64,000 bases of DNA from NCBI GenBank assembly GCA_038087875.1, contig CM075989.1, forward strand, positions 5,766,001 through 5,830,000. The letters are read 5' to 3'. Both the position numbers and the translations under genes were made by a program. Below, one piece after another: positions 37,229-50,453 of this stretch. A model generated the notes under the pieces. That model was given only the letters and a program-made list of their open reading frames with translations. It was not told the origin of the DNA and made no database searches. The stretch comes from Malacoraja senta (Eukaryota). Each line of letters starts with the position of its first letter. Position 1 is the first letter of the stretch.

Positions 37229-40200
37229 GTATGTTTTATACACAGTAAAGTTGTGCATTAAATGGACTGGTTTTCATGGTAATGATGTTTGCATTTTCAT
37301 TTGCGGTTAACCACCTTTCACCAATATCCCCCATGGTTGCATTGTAATCAACACATTTTACAGTTCACAGCTCAGTGTAAACATTATTAAAGTTGTGTGA
37401 TACATAATTGTTTTAATTGTTCCCTTGCAGTATTTTGAATGGCAGAATGTACTTGGTTTCTCTGCAAATACTAATTTATGTTTACTGTTGTACAAATGTA
37501 CTTGAATTGAACATTTCTTGTTGTGACCTATCTAGAATTGTGTGTATGTTTCTGCATGAGTTCTATACTTTAACATATAAATTGTATTAATCTAAATGAA
37601 GCAAGTACTGCATATGTAAATAGTGTAACTTTAGGATGCAATTGAAATGTGCACAGAGCTAAATTATTCCAACAAAGGGACCTTTTTTCTATGTGCCCTA
37701 ATTGATACTTTTAAACAAAATGTGTTGTGGAACTCCAGATAATTCAACTGATTCTTGCATTGGCATCAAACTGGCGAGTGAAATGGAGCAGATAGATTTG
37801 CCTTGCATTGTGTTAAGCTAATGCACTGTCATGTTTGGTTAGAAGTAACTCGTAATCCTTTGGGTTGTTTGAGGGCCTCAATTACTTTGAATTTAATCGA
37901 AGGGATCCAAGGCTTACCTGACTAGATGTATCCAGGTAGGTGATGGAATAATTTACACTAGACGTGAGTGGCTATCAAACTGTAGTTACTTTATTAGCAA
38001 TAACTTGTCAGACAAGGAGAACAGTCAAGCAAGAGACTGTCTTCATGATTCCAAGCATGCAGTACTTTTATATCATTTTTGATAGCATAATAGTACAGTA
38101 CGATACAATAAAGTTTATTCATCTCTGGAGGGAAATTGGTCTGCCAACAGTCACAACACACAAGGTACACAAAAACTTGAAATTAAAAGTGAGAACAAAA
38201 CAAAAAAGATAAGCGACTGTTGGCTGGCTGCTGCATACACAGTGCCTTCACTAGAACAAATGAACAAAAAACACTTATAAGATCTCTGGCAGTAGCAGGT
38301 GGAATTAACACCAAGTTGTTTAAAATCATTATCGATGGTAGTGTTTATGCAAGTTCAGAGAGTCCCAAGCTAGCATTCCCATGAACTCTGAGGGTATTCG
38401 GAAAAGTGCCTAGTAAACCGAAAACGGGAATGTTTAGCGTCATGTCCAGCAGATACTGACATTGGTTTAGATTGACGCTGCCCACCTGGGTACCTCCTTG
38501 TGTATTGTTCTTCTGGACACACAAGTGTGCTCTCATGAGAATCTGTGTGAGTTGTTGCCTGTATGAGCTGAAAGTTATTGTCCTAAGCTGTTGTGCTTTT
38601 GATGATAATAGTTACCGACATTAGATAGAGTCCAGTCATTAGTCTGGGGCTGGTGCAGGAAGTGACATGGAAGGGGTGGGTGATATGGGCAGGATAAATG
38701 TTGTTTGCACTGAAGTCCCTTCATTGGTTCTTTAACAACTAAACCAGGAAAGTGGGATCCATTGTCACTTGACGTAACCTATGGAATGCCAAATCTCGGT
38801 ACGACTTCTTTCAGTTGCACCTTGGCTGTTGTGGCATCACAGCTGCGAGTGGGAAAGACTTCTACCCATCTGGAAAACATGTCTACAATTACCAACACAT
38901 ACTTATAACTCGTACATTCAGGCATCTGTATAAAATCCATTTGCGCATAAACAAAAGGCCCCCATGGTTGGGGTTGGGGAGCAGGCTGTACGCTGGGAGT
39001 TTATCCCATGTTATTCTTTTGGCATCTCATACACTTAGCAGTAACTCTATCAATAAAAGCAGCAAAACTAATACCATTCATTTCCCCCCCCCCCCCCCCC
39101 TCCCTTAGCATCATGTGTAAAGTGATGATACATGTGCCAACTAGGGTAGATGTTGCTTCGGGGCAACTGTGCGGCCGTCATAGGAGACCCAAAGATCACT
39201 GGGCAATTGAAAACACTTGGCATCTATCCACAATTGGCGCTCAGAAACATCGGCAGCAGCTTGTATACATTATTTCATTTATAGTGGACCCTCTGGAATC
39301 ACAATTTTGCAGACTCTGGGGGGAGGATTGCTGTTTTCATTCTGAGGGTGGGGTGGCTGCTGCTCAGAGTGGTGCATCAGCTCGGGCATTGCCTAAGGAG
39401 ATGTCATCCACTGTGTGTGCGGAGCATTTCACTACTGCAATAGCTGTGGGCAGTAGAATAGCTTTCAAAAAGCTGTGGATCATTTTCTTGTGTCTGAAAG
39501 GGGTACTGGAAGAGGTTAAAAATCTGTGGGCTTACCATAATTAGTATTAATTATGTATTAATGTTAACAGTACTGATTAGCAAAATACATGCACGTGTGA
39601 GGGCAAAACGTACCTTTTCTGCCACTAGTACCAAACAGGTACTAGTGGCAGAAAAGACTCGAGGTAAGGAAAACCCTGACCTTTTTTATATGCCGGCTGA
39701 GTCGTCTGTCACTAGAGTTCTGTTCGCAAGAATCCAAGTCAGATTACCGATCTCGGTGGAACCTCCAAATCTGTTGGAACAATTTACACTAGATGTGAGT
39801 GCCTATCAAACTGTAGCTACTTTATTAGCAATAACTTGTCAGACAGGGAGAAAAGTCAAGCAAGAAACTGTCATGATTCCAAGCATGCAGTATATTTTTT
39901 TTATCATTTTATGATAGCACAATAACAAGGTTAGTCATGTACACTTGTTTACATGGTTAACTGTTGTGATCCAGCATTCAGTAAATTTCCTTTGAGAAAC
40001 AGGCTTCTTTATCTATGTAGAAAAATTAGGGAGTCTCGGTGTAGCCTTGAGGTCACAAGCTCTTCTTAGTGTTTAGCGAGCTTGTTTTCTTAACTCTATG
40101 GGCCACCTGCACCAGGAATGTTTAGCCATTCACTGGAGTAATGTTCGATTCCCACAGAGTGAAGTGCTGCCCATGTTGAAATACAAAATGGAAGCTCAGT

Positions 40201-40249
40201 TCTTCCCACAATTCCCATATAGATAGAGATTTCTACTAATCACTTAGAT

Positions 40250-40715
40250 TATAGAGTCATGGAATGATACAGTGTGGAAACAGGCCCTTCAGTCCATCTT
40301 GCCCACACCGGCCAACAATGTCCCAGCTACACTAGACCCACTTGCCTGTGTTTGGTCCATATTCCTCCAAACCTGTCTTATCCATGTACCCGTCTAACTG
40401 TTTCTTAAATGATGGGACAGTCCCAGCCTCAACTACCTCTTATCGCAGCTAGTTCCGTACACCCACCACCTTTGTGTGGAAAAAGTTACCCCTTGGATTC
40501 CTATCAAATCTTTTCCCCTTCACCTTGAACCTGTGTCCTCTGGTCCTTGATTCCCCTACTCTGGGCAAGAGACTCTGTGCATCTACCCGATCTATTCCTC
40601 TCATGATTTTGTACACCTCTATAAGATTACCCCTCATCCTCCTGCGCTCCATGGAATAGGGTCACAGCCTGCCCAACCTCTCCCTATAGCTCACACCTTC
40701 TAGTCCTGGCTATGA
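40250..40715 (-). mobile_element. CR1 3' fragment
   Basis: Peptide ERRRMRGNLIEVYKIMRGIDRVD. Confidence 0.8.
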
Positions 40716-42321
40716 ACTCCTTGCACGCCTTCCATGTTGTACTCTTCATAACAACCACCCCATTACTTGTTGACTTGCATTATCATCATTTAAAAAATGG
40801 TCATCCATGTTTTCAAGTTCCTTTGTGGATTTGTCCTTCCCTTTTCTGTGAACTGTCCAATCTCGTATGTAATATGTTGTCCTTGAAATCTGCCGTTTGT
40901 CACCCTGAAATGTAATTATTGTATGATTTCACTATTGAGGTCCTGAGCTCTGGAGTTATCTCAATGAACCTGTCTGCTGCTTTATCTTTCTTTGTAAGAT
41001 GCCCCATATAATATCACTACTTTTAGTTGAGTTTTTTGCGTTTACCCTAATGTTTCTGTTTTAAAGTTTTATTTGGTAATGCTCCTGTGAAGTGCTCTGG
41101 TTTTTGCATCCTTAAGGGTATGAAGTCGACAGAAGTTGTTGTGAATAGAACCAGATGGGTGTGAGCTAAGTGATGTAAATTAGGAGAGCAAGAAACTGAA
41201 GTGCTGGAGGAACTCAATGGGTGGAACTGCATCTGTCCGGGAGAAGGAATTGTCCTCATTTCGGGTCGAGACCCTGCATCAGGACTGGGAGTGGAAAGGG
41301 ATGATGGCCAGTAAAAGGGAAAGTGGGAGGGGTAAGTAGGTGATAGGTGGATGTAGGAGGGGGCGAAGGATAAAGGCAGGTGGAGCCAAGGGGGGGGGGG
41401 GGATGGAGTTGGGAAATAAGAGTTGAGGATGATAAATGGAAGTAGGCAAGGGGGGGTGAAAAGAGTAAATTCAAATTGTGGCGTAAGTGACGACATTAAT
41501 GGGACGGAAGTTTTTTTGATCTTCAGAGTGCTCAAATCAAGTATCGTTTGCACTAATTTGGAATGTGTAGAACTTGATTATCTGTTTTGTAAGCTACCTT
41601 TCTAAGATGTCATGCTCAAGACGTTGAGTTCATCATCTTGCCTGTCTTTCAAATTTATATAGAGGAGCCTCTCAATTTCTAGATTTAGTTATGGTTCAGG
41701 CTATTTCTTAGTTCTATGTTTTGTTATGGAGTGAGTTTCAGTGCAATTGATTTCAAATCTTTAAAGATGTTGTCCATCATTTGTCTGGTAGGCCTGTTTT
41801 TTCTCCACAACTTCTACATAATATCCATTTCTTACCACAACTAATTCAAGACAACTACATTTGCTTAATTTCTGCAAATGGTGGCTGTCGTTACTCATCA
41901 AGACATGGTTTCTCCTTGCTCATCTACATATTCTATTTAAAACTGATTATTAAATTGATGGCTATTGAAGTACACAAATTAACTCTTTTAACTATGATTT
42001 CGATTGAATCTCCATTAATCTGTCTGCATAGATCTTGCAAAAACCGCTACAGATTCTTAATTACCGGTGGATAATATGTTTCCTGGCATATCATCTCTGG
42101 AGATAGACACAAAAAGCTGCAGTAACTTAGTGGGTCAGGCAGTATCTCTGGTGAATAGGAATAGGTGATGTTTCAGGTCGAGACCCTTGGAGTCATGGAG
42201 TGATACAGTGTGGAAACAGGCCCTTCAGCCCAACTTGCCCACACAACAATGTCCTGGCTACACTAGTCCCACCTGCCTGTGCTTGGTCCATATCCCTCCA
42301 AACCTGCCCTATCCATGTACC

Positions 42322-43191
42322 ACGTGGAGTGGGCAAGCCGTCGCCATGGCTCGCCGGAGGGGGGCACTCCGTTTCGCTGGCCCGCGGCAACCTGAAGCCG
42401 CGGTCTGCGAAGCTCCAGCTGGCGCGACGTCCGCAGCCTGGGATCCCTCGTTAGGGACCCGGGAGAAGAAGAAGCTCCCACCGCTGGCCCGCGGCCTACT
42501 TCTACAGCGGGCGCGGCGGCGACTTACCATCAGGAGCAGGGTTCCTCGCCGGGGACCCCTAGAGGGGAGCTTCGACCGCCGGCCCTGTGGTCTGCGGTGC
42601 TTCTGGCTGCGGCGCGGCGGGAACTTTAAATCTTCGACCGCCGGCCTGCAGCCTACACAGTGAGTGGTGAATCTCTGGAACTCTCTGCCACAGAAGGTAG
42701 TTGAGGCCAGTTCATTGGCTATATTTAAGAGGGAGTTAGATGTGGCCCTTGTGGCTAAAGGGATCAGGGGGTATGGAGAGAAGGCAGGTACAGGATACTG
42801 AGTTGGATGATCAGCCATGATCATATTGAATGGCGGTGCAGGCTCGAAGGGCCGAATGGCCTACTTCTGCACCTATTTTCTATGTTTCTATGTTTACACC
42901 AACTTGAAGCCGCGGTCTCCGGTGGGGGAGGCACCGTTTCAGGACTTACTTTGACTTTCACTCATCTGGATGCCCGCAGCGACGGCTGTGGAGGGTTGAG
43001 GTCCCGACCACGGGGGAAAATGGAGAAGGACTGGCCAAATTTTGTGCCTTCCACCACAGTGCTGTGGTGGATGTTTGTATTAAATTTTTATTGTGTTTTT
43101 GTGTTCTTTTTCATTGTACCGCTGCTGGCAAATTCATTTCACTTGCACTTTATGTGCAAGTGACGAATATAACTGATTGTATTGTATTGAT
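42322..43191 (+). mobile_element. GC-rich non-autonomous retroelement inside a minus-strand CR1, containing a CR1 3' end (~42655-42895)
   Basis: TSD TGTACC (42316-42321 / 43192-43197); tail GTGACGAATATAA-(GATTGTATT)n. Confidence 0.7.
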
Positions 43192-43705
43192 TGTACCTGT
43201 CTAACTTTCTTAAATGATGGGATAGTCCCAGCCTCAACTACCTTCTCTGGTAGCTTGTTCCATACACCCACCACCTTTTGTATGAAAAAGTTACCCCTCG
43301 AATTCCTATTCTTCAGACGGAGAGTCAGCAGAGAGAGAAACGAATGATATGAAAAGGTACATAGAATATATGAATGAAAGATATGCAAAAGGACAAATAA
43401 TAGCCAGCAACGATGATCAAGGAAAGGTAAACTCCACAATGGCGCATTGTTAGCTGTGGGGAAGTGATAATGAGTGATACAAACAGTAAAACTCAGCAGG
43501 ACGATAATATTTTCTCTACTGCTATTGGATGCTGCATGATAACGTTAGTAAAAAGTCTCCTTTTTTTTCCTAACTTAAAAGGCACATGATGACATTGCTT
43601 GTTTTTGTCCCAAGATATTAAGCATGCGTTTGCCGTAAGCATGAGTTGCTGTTTGTTGCATGTAGCAGGAAATAAGCTCTGTGCTTGCATTTTGTTTAAT
43701 TTCAG

Positions 43706-43821
43706 AACTACTCAGTATGCATGCATATTACTTAATTGTCTCATTCACAAGAATGGCAACAACAAGGAGCTGGCTGCCAAACTTAAACATCTGGAGTCTA
43801 ACTTGAGTTCAGGACGCAAGT
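43706..43821 (+). CDS. PEX11A: PEX11A coding exon 2 (TTQYACILLN...KLKHLESNLSSGRK)
   Basis: 116 nt, ttcag / gtaagt; matches recalled human ATQYTCMLL..KLKKLESSVSTGRK. Confidence 0.92.
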
Positions 43822-44979
43822 GTAAGTATAAAACAGTTCTGGGAGGGGGATGAAAGCAGCACACCTTATTCTGTCCTGCAGCTATTTATAGTGATATTTG
43901 CAAAAGCAGATTATTGTGTTCCTCCACAATGCTTTGGTGTTATTTCAAAGCATAGTTTAATCCAAAGTGAATGGATTAATTTGTAACAAGTGTTTCTGGG
44001 AACCACTTCTCTCTAATGACTTCCTATTTTCCAGTCTTAAAATTAGCAGATTTGGTTATGGATTTTTCTGAGTAGCATCAAGGCTGAAACACAATGGAAT
44101 TTTAGCATCAAACCCAGGATGGCTCTTGAGAGGACAACTCTTTGCATCTCTGCATTTTAAGGCAATAGGCATCCAATAAATTGTACCTGAAGCGTGATTC
44201 CTGGCATTTACATTCCTGGTGGGCAGTTAATGGCATGTGACTCCCACAAGTAAAGAAATCGTAAACCCACAATTTCACACTGCAGAACGTTTCCAATAAA
44301 AGTCTTCAAGCAGCCTAGACTCCTTCCGCCTTGTCTCTTGTAAGTCATTGTCCCTTTCTCTGTTTCCTTTTCCATCCCTTTTTCGGTCTCCGCAGCACCT
44401 TGAGAGGAGGTTTTCTATTCTAGGGCATCTGAAATATCCCTTGTTTCAGGAAATGTGGCTTCTGCCATTTGCGGGAATAGAGTCAGTCGCACAGCGTGGA
44501 AACTAGCTTCTCGGCCCAACTTGGCCACGCCAACCAACATGCCCCATCTACACTAGTCCCACCTCCCTGAATTTGGCCCATAAGCCTCTAATCCTATCCT
44601 ACCAATGTACCAGTCTAAACATTTATTAAACATTGCAATAGTCCCTGGTTCAACTACCTCCTCTAGCAACTCGTTCCATATACCCACCACCTTATATGTA
44701 ATAATAACAAATTAAAAAAACGAATCACTCGGGTTCCTATTAAATCTTTTCCCCCTCACCTTAAACCTATGTCCTCTGGTTCTCAATTCCCCTACACTGA
44801 GCAAAACACAGGGCATTTAACTGGTTTATTCCTCTCATGAATTATAAGATCACCTCTTATCTTCCTGCGCCCTAGGGCCCTACCATTCACCTTGGAAATC
44901 CTGCCTTTAACATTCCCAAAGTATTACATTTCATCAACTATTCCTCAGCCCACCTGCCCAGCCAATCAAGATCCTGCGT

Positions 44980-45480
44980 TGAAGAAAGAACTGCAGATGC
45001 TGGGAAAAATCGAAGGTAGACAAAAATGCTGGGGAAACTCAGCGGGTGAGGCAGCATCTATGGAGAGAAGCTATAGGTGACGTCTCAGGTTGGGACTCTT
45101 CTTCAGACATGGTGTCGGTGGGGAGGGCTGGAAAAAGAAAGGAAGAGGCGGAGACAGTAGGCTTGTGGGAGAGCTGGGAGGGGAAGGAGGGAGAAAAGCA
45201 AGGACTATCTGAAATTAGAGAAGTAAATGTTCATACCGCTGGGGTGTAAACTACCCAAACGAAATATGAGGTGCTGTTCCTCCAGTTTGCGCTGGGCCTC
45301 TGGCAATGGAGGAGGCCCAGGACAGAAACGTCAGATTCGGAATGGGAGGGGGAGTTGAAGTGCTGAGCCACCGGGAGATCAGGTTGGTTAGTGTGAACTG
45401 AGCGGAGGTGTTTGGCCTGCGCTTGGTCTCGCCGATGTAGAGAAGTTGACACCTGGAACAGCGGATGCAGTAGATCAAGA
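44980..45480 (-). mobile_element. Penelope-like element 3' part with GIY-YIG endonuclease remnant
   Basis: LIYCIRCSRCQLLYIGETKRR, HLRSV..DLPVAQHFNSPSHS; followed by the hammerhead-bearing repeat. Confidence 0.82.
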
Positions 45481-45534
45481 TCCTACTGTCATTTTTGACA
45501 ACCATCTTCACTATCTAGAATACCACCCACTTTA

Positions 45535-46602
45535 GTGGCTAGTGGGGTGCCTCAGGGGTCTGTGTTGGGTCCACTGTTGTTTGCCATGTACATCAATGAT
45601 CTGGATGAAGGTGTGGAAAATTGGATTAGTAAGTATGCAGATGATACTAAGATAGGTGGTGTTGTGGATAATGAAGTAGATTTTCAAAGTCTACAGAGAG
45701 ATTTAGGCCATTTGGAAGAGTGGGCTGAAAGATGGCAGATGGAGTTTAATGCTGACAAATGTGAGGTGCTACATCTCGGCAGGACAAATCAAAATAGGAC
45801 GTACACGGTAAATGGTAGCGAATTGAGGAATGCAGTTGAACAGAGGGATCTAGGAATAACTGTGCATAGTTCCCTGAAGGTGGAATCTCATGTAGATAGG
45901 GTGGTAAAGAAAGCTTTTGGTGTGCTGGCCTTTATAAATCAGAGCATTGAATATAGAAGTTGGGATGTAATGTTAAAATTGTACAAGGCATTGGTGAGGC
46001 CAATTCTGGAGTACAATTTTGGTCGCCTAATTATAGGAAGGATGTCAACAAAATAGAGAGAGTACAGAGGAGATTTACTAGAATGTTGCCTGGGTTTCAG
46101 CAACTAAGTTACAGAGAAAGGTTGAACAAGTTAGGTCTTTATTCTTTGGAGCGCAGAAGGTTAAGAGGGGACTTGATAGTGGTCTTTAAAATTATGAGCG
46201 GGTTAGACAGAGTGGACGTGGATAAGCTTTTCCCATTGAGAGTAGGGAAGATTCAAACAAGGGGACATGACTTGAGAATTAAGGGACAGAAGTTTAGGGG
46301 GAACATTAGGGGGAACTTCTTTACTCAGAGAGTGGTAGCTGTGTGGAATGAGCTTCCAGTGGAAGTGGTGGAGGCAGGTTCGATGTTATCCTTTAAAAAT
46401 AGATTGGATGGGTATATGGATGGGAAAGGAATGGAGGGTTATGGTCTGAGTGCAGGTAGATGGGACTAGGGGGAAGTATTTTATTTTTAATTAAAAAATA
46501 AAAATAAAAAAATAAATTAAAAAAAAAATTTAATGTTCGGCACGGACTTGAAGGGCCGAGATGGCCTGTTTCCGTGCTGTTATGGTTATATGGTTATATG
46601 GT
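45535..46602 (+). mobile_element. Young CR1 3' fragment inserted in an older minus-strand CR1
   Basis: [17 protein letters not shown]; (GGTTATAT)n tail; older CR1 resumes at 46603-46835. Confidence 0.92.
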
Positions 46603-46839
46603 TAATGCTATCTACAAACTTGCTAATCATGCCATGTACGTTCTCATCCAAATCATTGCTATAGATGACAACTACCAATGGGCCCACCACTGAATCCTGA
46701 TGCACACCACTGGTCACAGGCCTCCAGTCCAAAAGGCATCCTTCCACCTTCTGCTTCTTTCCATGAAGTAAATTTTCTATCCATTCAGCTATGTCTCCTT
46801 GGATCCCATGCGATCTAACCTTACAGAGCACCCAGGGAA

Positions 46840-47140
46840 CTAAACAGCCCTTCCAGATGGGACATTTCACCTGTGCTGTCTCCAACCTCATCTATTGCAT
46901 TTGATGCTCTTTGTGTGGCCTCCTCCACTGCACTCAGACTAAACGCAGGCCAGGTGACTAATTCACTGAGCACCTGAGCTCTGTTTGCTCTGGCTATCTG
47001 GATCTCCTGGTTACCAGCCACTTAAATTCCCCTTCCCATTCCCACACCAGCTTGTCTGTTCTCGGTCTCCACCACTGCCATGGTGAGGTCAGAAGTAAAT
47101 TAAATGACAGCAGCTCCTGTTCTGCCTGAGTAGTTTCCTG
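46840..47140 (+). mobile_element. Degenerate Penelope GIY-YIG fragment
   Basis: TTCACCTGTGCTGTCTCCAACCTCATCTATTGCATT (FTC..SNLIYCI). Confidence 0.6.
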
Positions 47141-47407
47141 GTCCTCTATTACATCTCTCTACCCACTTTATCCCCAGCCCCCCCCCTCCGCATCTCTCTA
47201 TTACACTGTTTCTTCACCCCTCCCCTGCCTACTGAAGTTCCCTCCCTCCCTCATTGCTCACACCTGCCCTCCCTGTTATCATCTGCCACTACTCTAGTTG
47301 AGATTGTACTTGGAATTGGTAGATTCAGAAGGACGTGGGTTGGAAGGAGCATGGACATGTGTGTGATAAGAGATTCAATGGAAAAAACATACAAACAACA
47401 AAAATCG

Positions 47408-47688
47408 ACACGGAGGCGCAGCAGTAGAGTTGTTGCCTTGCAGCGCCGGAGACCCGGGTTTGATCCTGACTACGGGTGCTGTCTATACGGAGTTTGTACG
47501 TTCTCCCCGTGACCGCGTGAGTTTTCTCCGAGATCTTCGGTTTCCTCCCACATTCCAAAAACATACAAGTATGTGGGTAAATTTGCTTGGTGTAAGTGTA
47601 ATTTGTCCCTAGTGTGTAGGGTAGTGTTAATGTGCGGACTCAGTGGGCCGAAGGGCCTGTTTCACGCTGTATCTCTAAACTAAACTAA
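47408..47688 (+). mobile_element. V-SINE (HE1-like)
   Basis: Head, V core and (CTAAA)n tail. Confidence 0.85.
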
Positions 47689-48814
47689 AATGAAAGACAG
47701 TGAATGGCAATGAATTTTGAATAGAAAAACTTGAATAGGTGAAGGGTGAATTTAGCTGTGAGAAAGAATGGGTTGCAAAAATGACTAGTCAGTGCAAACG
47801 CAGAACGATTGTAGGTAACTAAGCAAGGTAAGGTAGAATTTATGCTCATGAGGTTAGTGGACTGGTGCAGTTTGGATTTTTGAAAAAGGGATGGGAAAGA
47901 GACAAATGTCTGATCTGGTTATGAGCTGCACCATATATAAGGTGAAATAAGTAGTATCCAGTCAGTAGCTTCACTACAGACAAACTCTTGCACCCATGAG
48001 CAAAGCTGCAGGTGACACACAAGCTGGGGCAATTGTGTTACTAGCTCCGTGTTGGAAGCTAAAAAAAATTCTGAAGAGCTCTGTTTATTAAACTGCAAAG
48101 TAATAAATTGATGTGGAATGGAGCTGTGAACAGATCGAATGTAAGGTCATAGCAATAGCTCAATAGCAGTTTGTTCCACTCATCCCAAGTGCCAAGGAAC
48201 GACATCAATTGATGCTCACATTGAATTGATGTAATTGTCTATGCTGCAAAGACCAGCCTTGTAATTTACAAGGGGGGAAGAAATATGTATTTGCTGTACA
48301 TAATAACCAAATGTATGTATTATGTAACCAGTTGAGTAGAATTTGAAGTGAGTTTATTGTACTGAATGCATGTGACTACATTTGCATTCACAGTAATGTT
48401 TGACAAAAATCAAGTGAGTGATTGATTATATGGTCAGGACCCAATTCGAGGGATAATTTAGCACTGGGTTTTAAAAATGTACTAGTTTTCTGTGACGTTT
48501 GAATGGATAAGCTTTGAAAAGTGTGAGGGTTGCCAATTGACTCAATTATGCATGTATTGTACAAAAAGGAACCTGTGGCTATGTCAATGCAAAGAAAATT
48601 CTACATTCAGTTCAATCAATCATAAAATCCTTGTGATGGAAATTACTAGAGCAAGAAACAGTGGAAAAATTGTGGTCATCTGATATAAAACAATATTCAT
48701 AACTCTTTTCCATAAGCGTTGTTATCAAAGAGTGTCTTTTTAAACCAGTTCAAATAGCCTACTTTATTTTATTTGGTCTGATGTTCAAGTACGAGGATGT
48801 AATAAGAAGCAGCA

Positions 48815-49180
48815 GCAGGCTAGATGCAGGAAAACTGTTCCTGATGTTGGGGGAGTCCAGAACCAGGGCTCACAATTTAAGAATAAGAGATAGGCCATTT
48901 AGGACTGAGATGAGGACAAACTTTTTCACCCAGAGAGTTGTGAATCTGTGGCATTCTCTGCCACAGAAAGCAGTGGAGGCCAATTCACTGGATGTATTCA
49001 AGAGAGAGTTGGATATAGCTCTTAGGGCTATATCCAACTCTCAAGGGATATCAAGGGATATGGGGAGAAAGCAGGAACGGGGTACTGATTCTGAATGATC
49101 AGCCATGATCATATTGAATGGCGGTTCTGGCTCAAAAGGCTGAATGGACCACTTCTGCACCTGTTTTCTATGTTTCTATG
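48815..49180 (+). mobile_element. CR1 3' fragment
   Basis: RLDAGKLF..FFTQRVVNLWHSLP; (TTTCTATG) tail. Confidence 0.8.
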
Positions 49181-49357
49181 TCATAGCTGATGTGTGATGT
49201 TGCGTATGGAAGACACGTTGCAATAGAGAGAGACACTTGTGCTCCAACAGAAAGACTACATTTAAATTGCTTCTGTCTCAGCCAGAATAATTTAATTTCA
49301 ATACCTTAGCCATTGATAACAAGAGCCGTGTGATAAATGCTGTTTGTTTTGTTCCAG

Positions 49358-49935
49358 TATTTAGGTTGGGTAACACAGTGGATGCAGTTCAGACAGCCAG
49401 AAGGAACGTTCAGATTTCAGACCCCGTGCTTCGGTTTTGCCTCACTGCCATCTCCCTCAGTCGGGCTCTGTACTACATTTGTGATAATATTCTCTGGTCC
49501 GGAGCAGTGGGACTTGGTGATATTGATAAGGAGAAGTGGAGCAAGCGATGCAACCATTACTATTTTTTCTCACTAGTTGTCAGCCTCTGTAGAGATGTCT
49601 ATGAGGTTGTCCAGCTCATGAAAGAAGAAGTGCTTGTCCAAAAGAGGCAAGAGAGCAAATCCATAAACAACCTGGAAAACAATCGTGTGCAGAGAGAGTT
49701 TGACTGGATAGCAAGGATCAAGTCCAAAGCTTTCTTCCTGCTGCTTTTCCAAAGCCTTGGGAACAATCCTCCTGTATTGCTTGACATTGTTAAAAATCTC
49801 TGCGACCTCACCCTCCCGCTAGACAAAATGGGCATCTGCAAAACCAATTCTGGTGTCGTTGGGTTCTGTGGGCTCCTTTCCTCAATCCTCTCAATTCTAG
49901 CTTTGATGCACCCAGCACTGAAGTTGAAAGCATGA
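49358..49935 (+). CDS. PEX11A: PEX11A coding exon 3 to stop
   Basis: ttccag acceptor; FRLGN, ICDNILW, PPVLLDIVKNLCD, PLDKMGI, KLKA*; total CDS 750 nt; 3-exon structure and WDR93 adjacency favour the alpha paralogue. Confidence 0.92.
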
Positions 49936-50206
49936 ATAAACTCTGCTCCCCCAGAAGAATAAGAATGTTCTTATTTCTCTAGACGGAAACATCAACATGT
50001 GTGTGAAATGGAAATAGTGTTTTCACACCTTGTGTGATGTGATTCTTTAAATATTCCTGTTTTTGCCTAAAAGGCTTGTTTTTTTTACAGGGTTAGATCT
50101 GAAATTACGTTCATTTGCATTAAAGCATTGTATAACTTTAGCAAATGTGCCTGATGGAAAAAGCCTATTTTTACAATACCCTCATTATCAAATATGATGG
50201 GAAATA

Positions 50207-50453
50207 TGGTGGCATAGCAGTAGAGCTACTGCCTTGCAGCGCCAGAGACCTGCAATCGATCCTGACTATGGGTGCTTGTCTGTCCAGAGTCCAAAGATGA
50301 ACCGGTTTGTAGGTTAGTTGGCTTGGTATAAATGTAAAATTGTCCCTAGTGTGTGTAGAGTAGTGTTAATGTGCGGGGATTGCTGGTCGGTGCAGACTCG
50401 GTGAGCCCAAGGGCTTGTTTTCGCGCTGTATCTCTGAACTAAAACTAAACTAA
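50207..50453 (+). mobile_element. V-SINE-like, internally deleted, downstream of the PEX11A stop
   Basis: tRNA-like head and (ACTAA)n tail; V core missing. Confidence 0.7.

Noticed and set aside
39008..39914. 178-aa and 117-aa ORFs in PEX11A intron 1
   Set aside because: Non-ATG or weak starts, a poly-C tract, no recognisable motif or splice support
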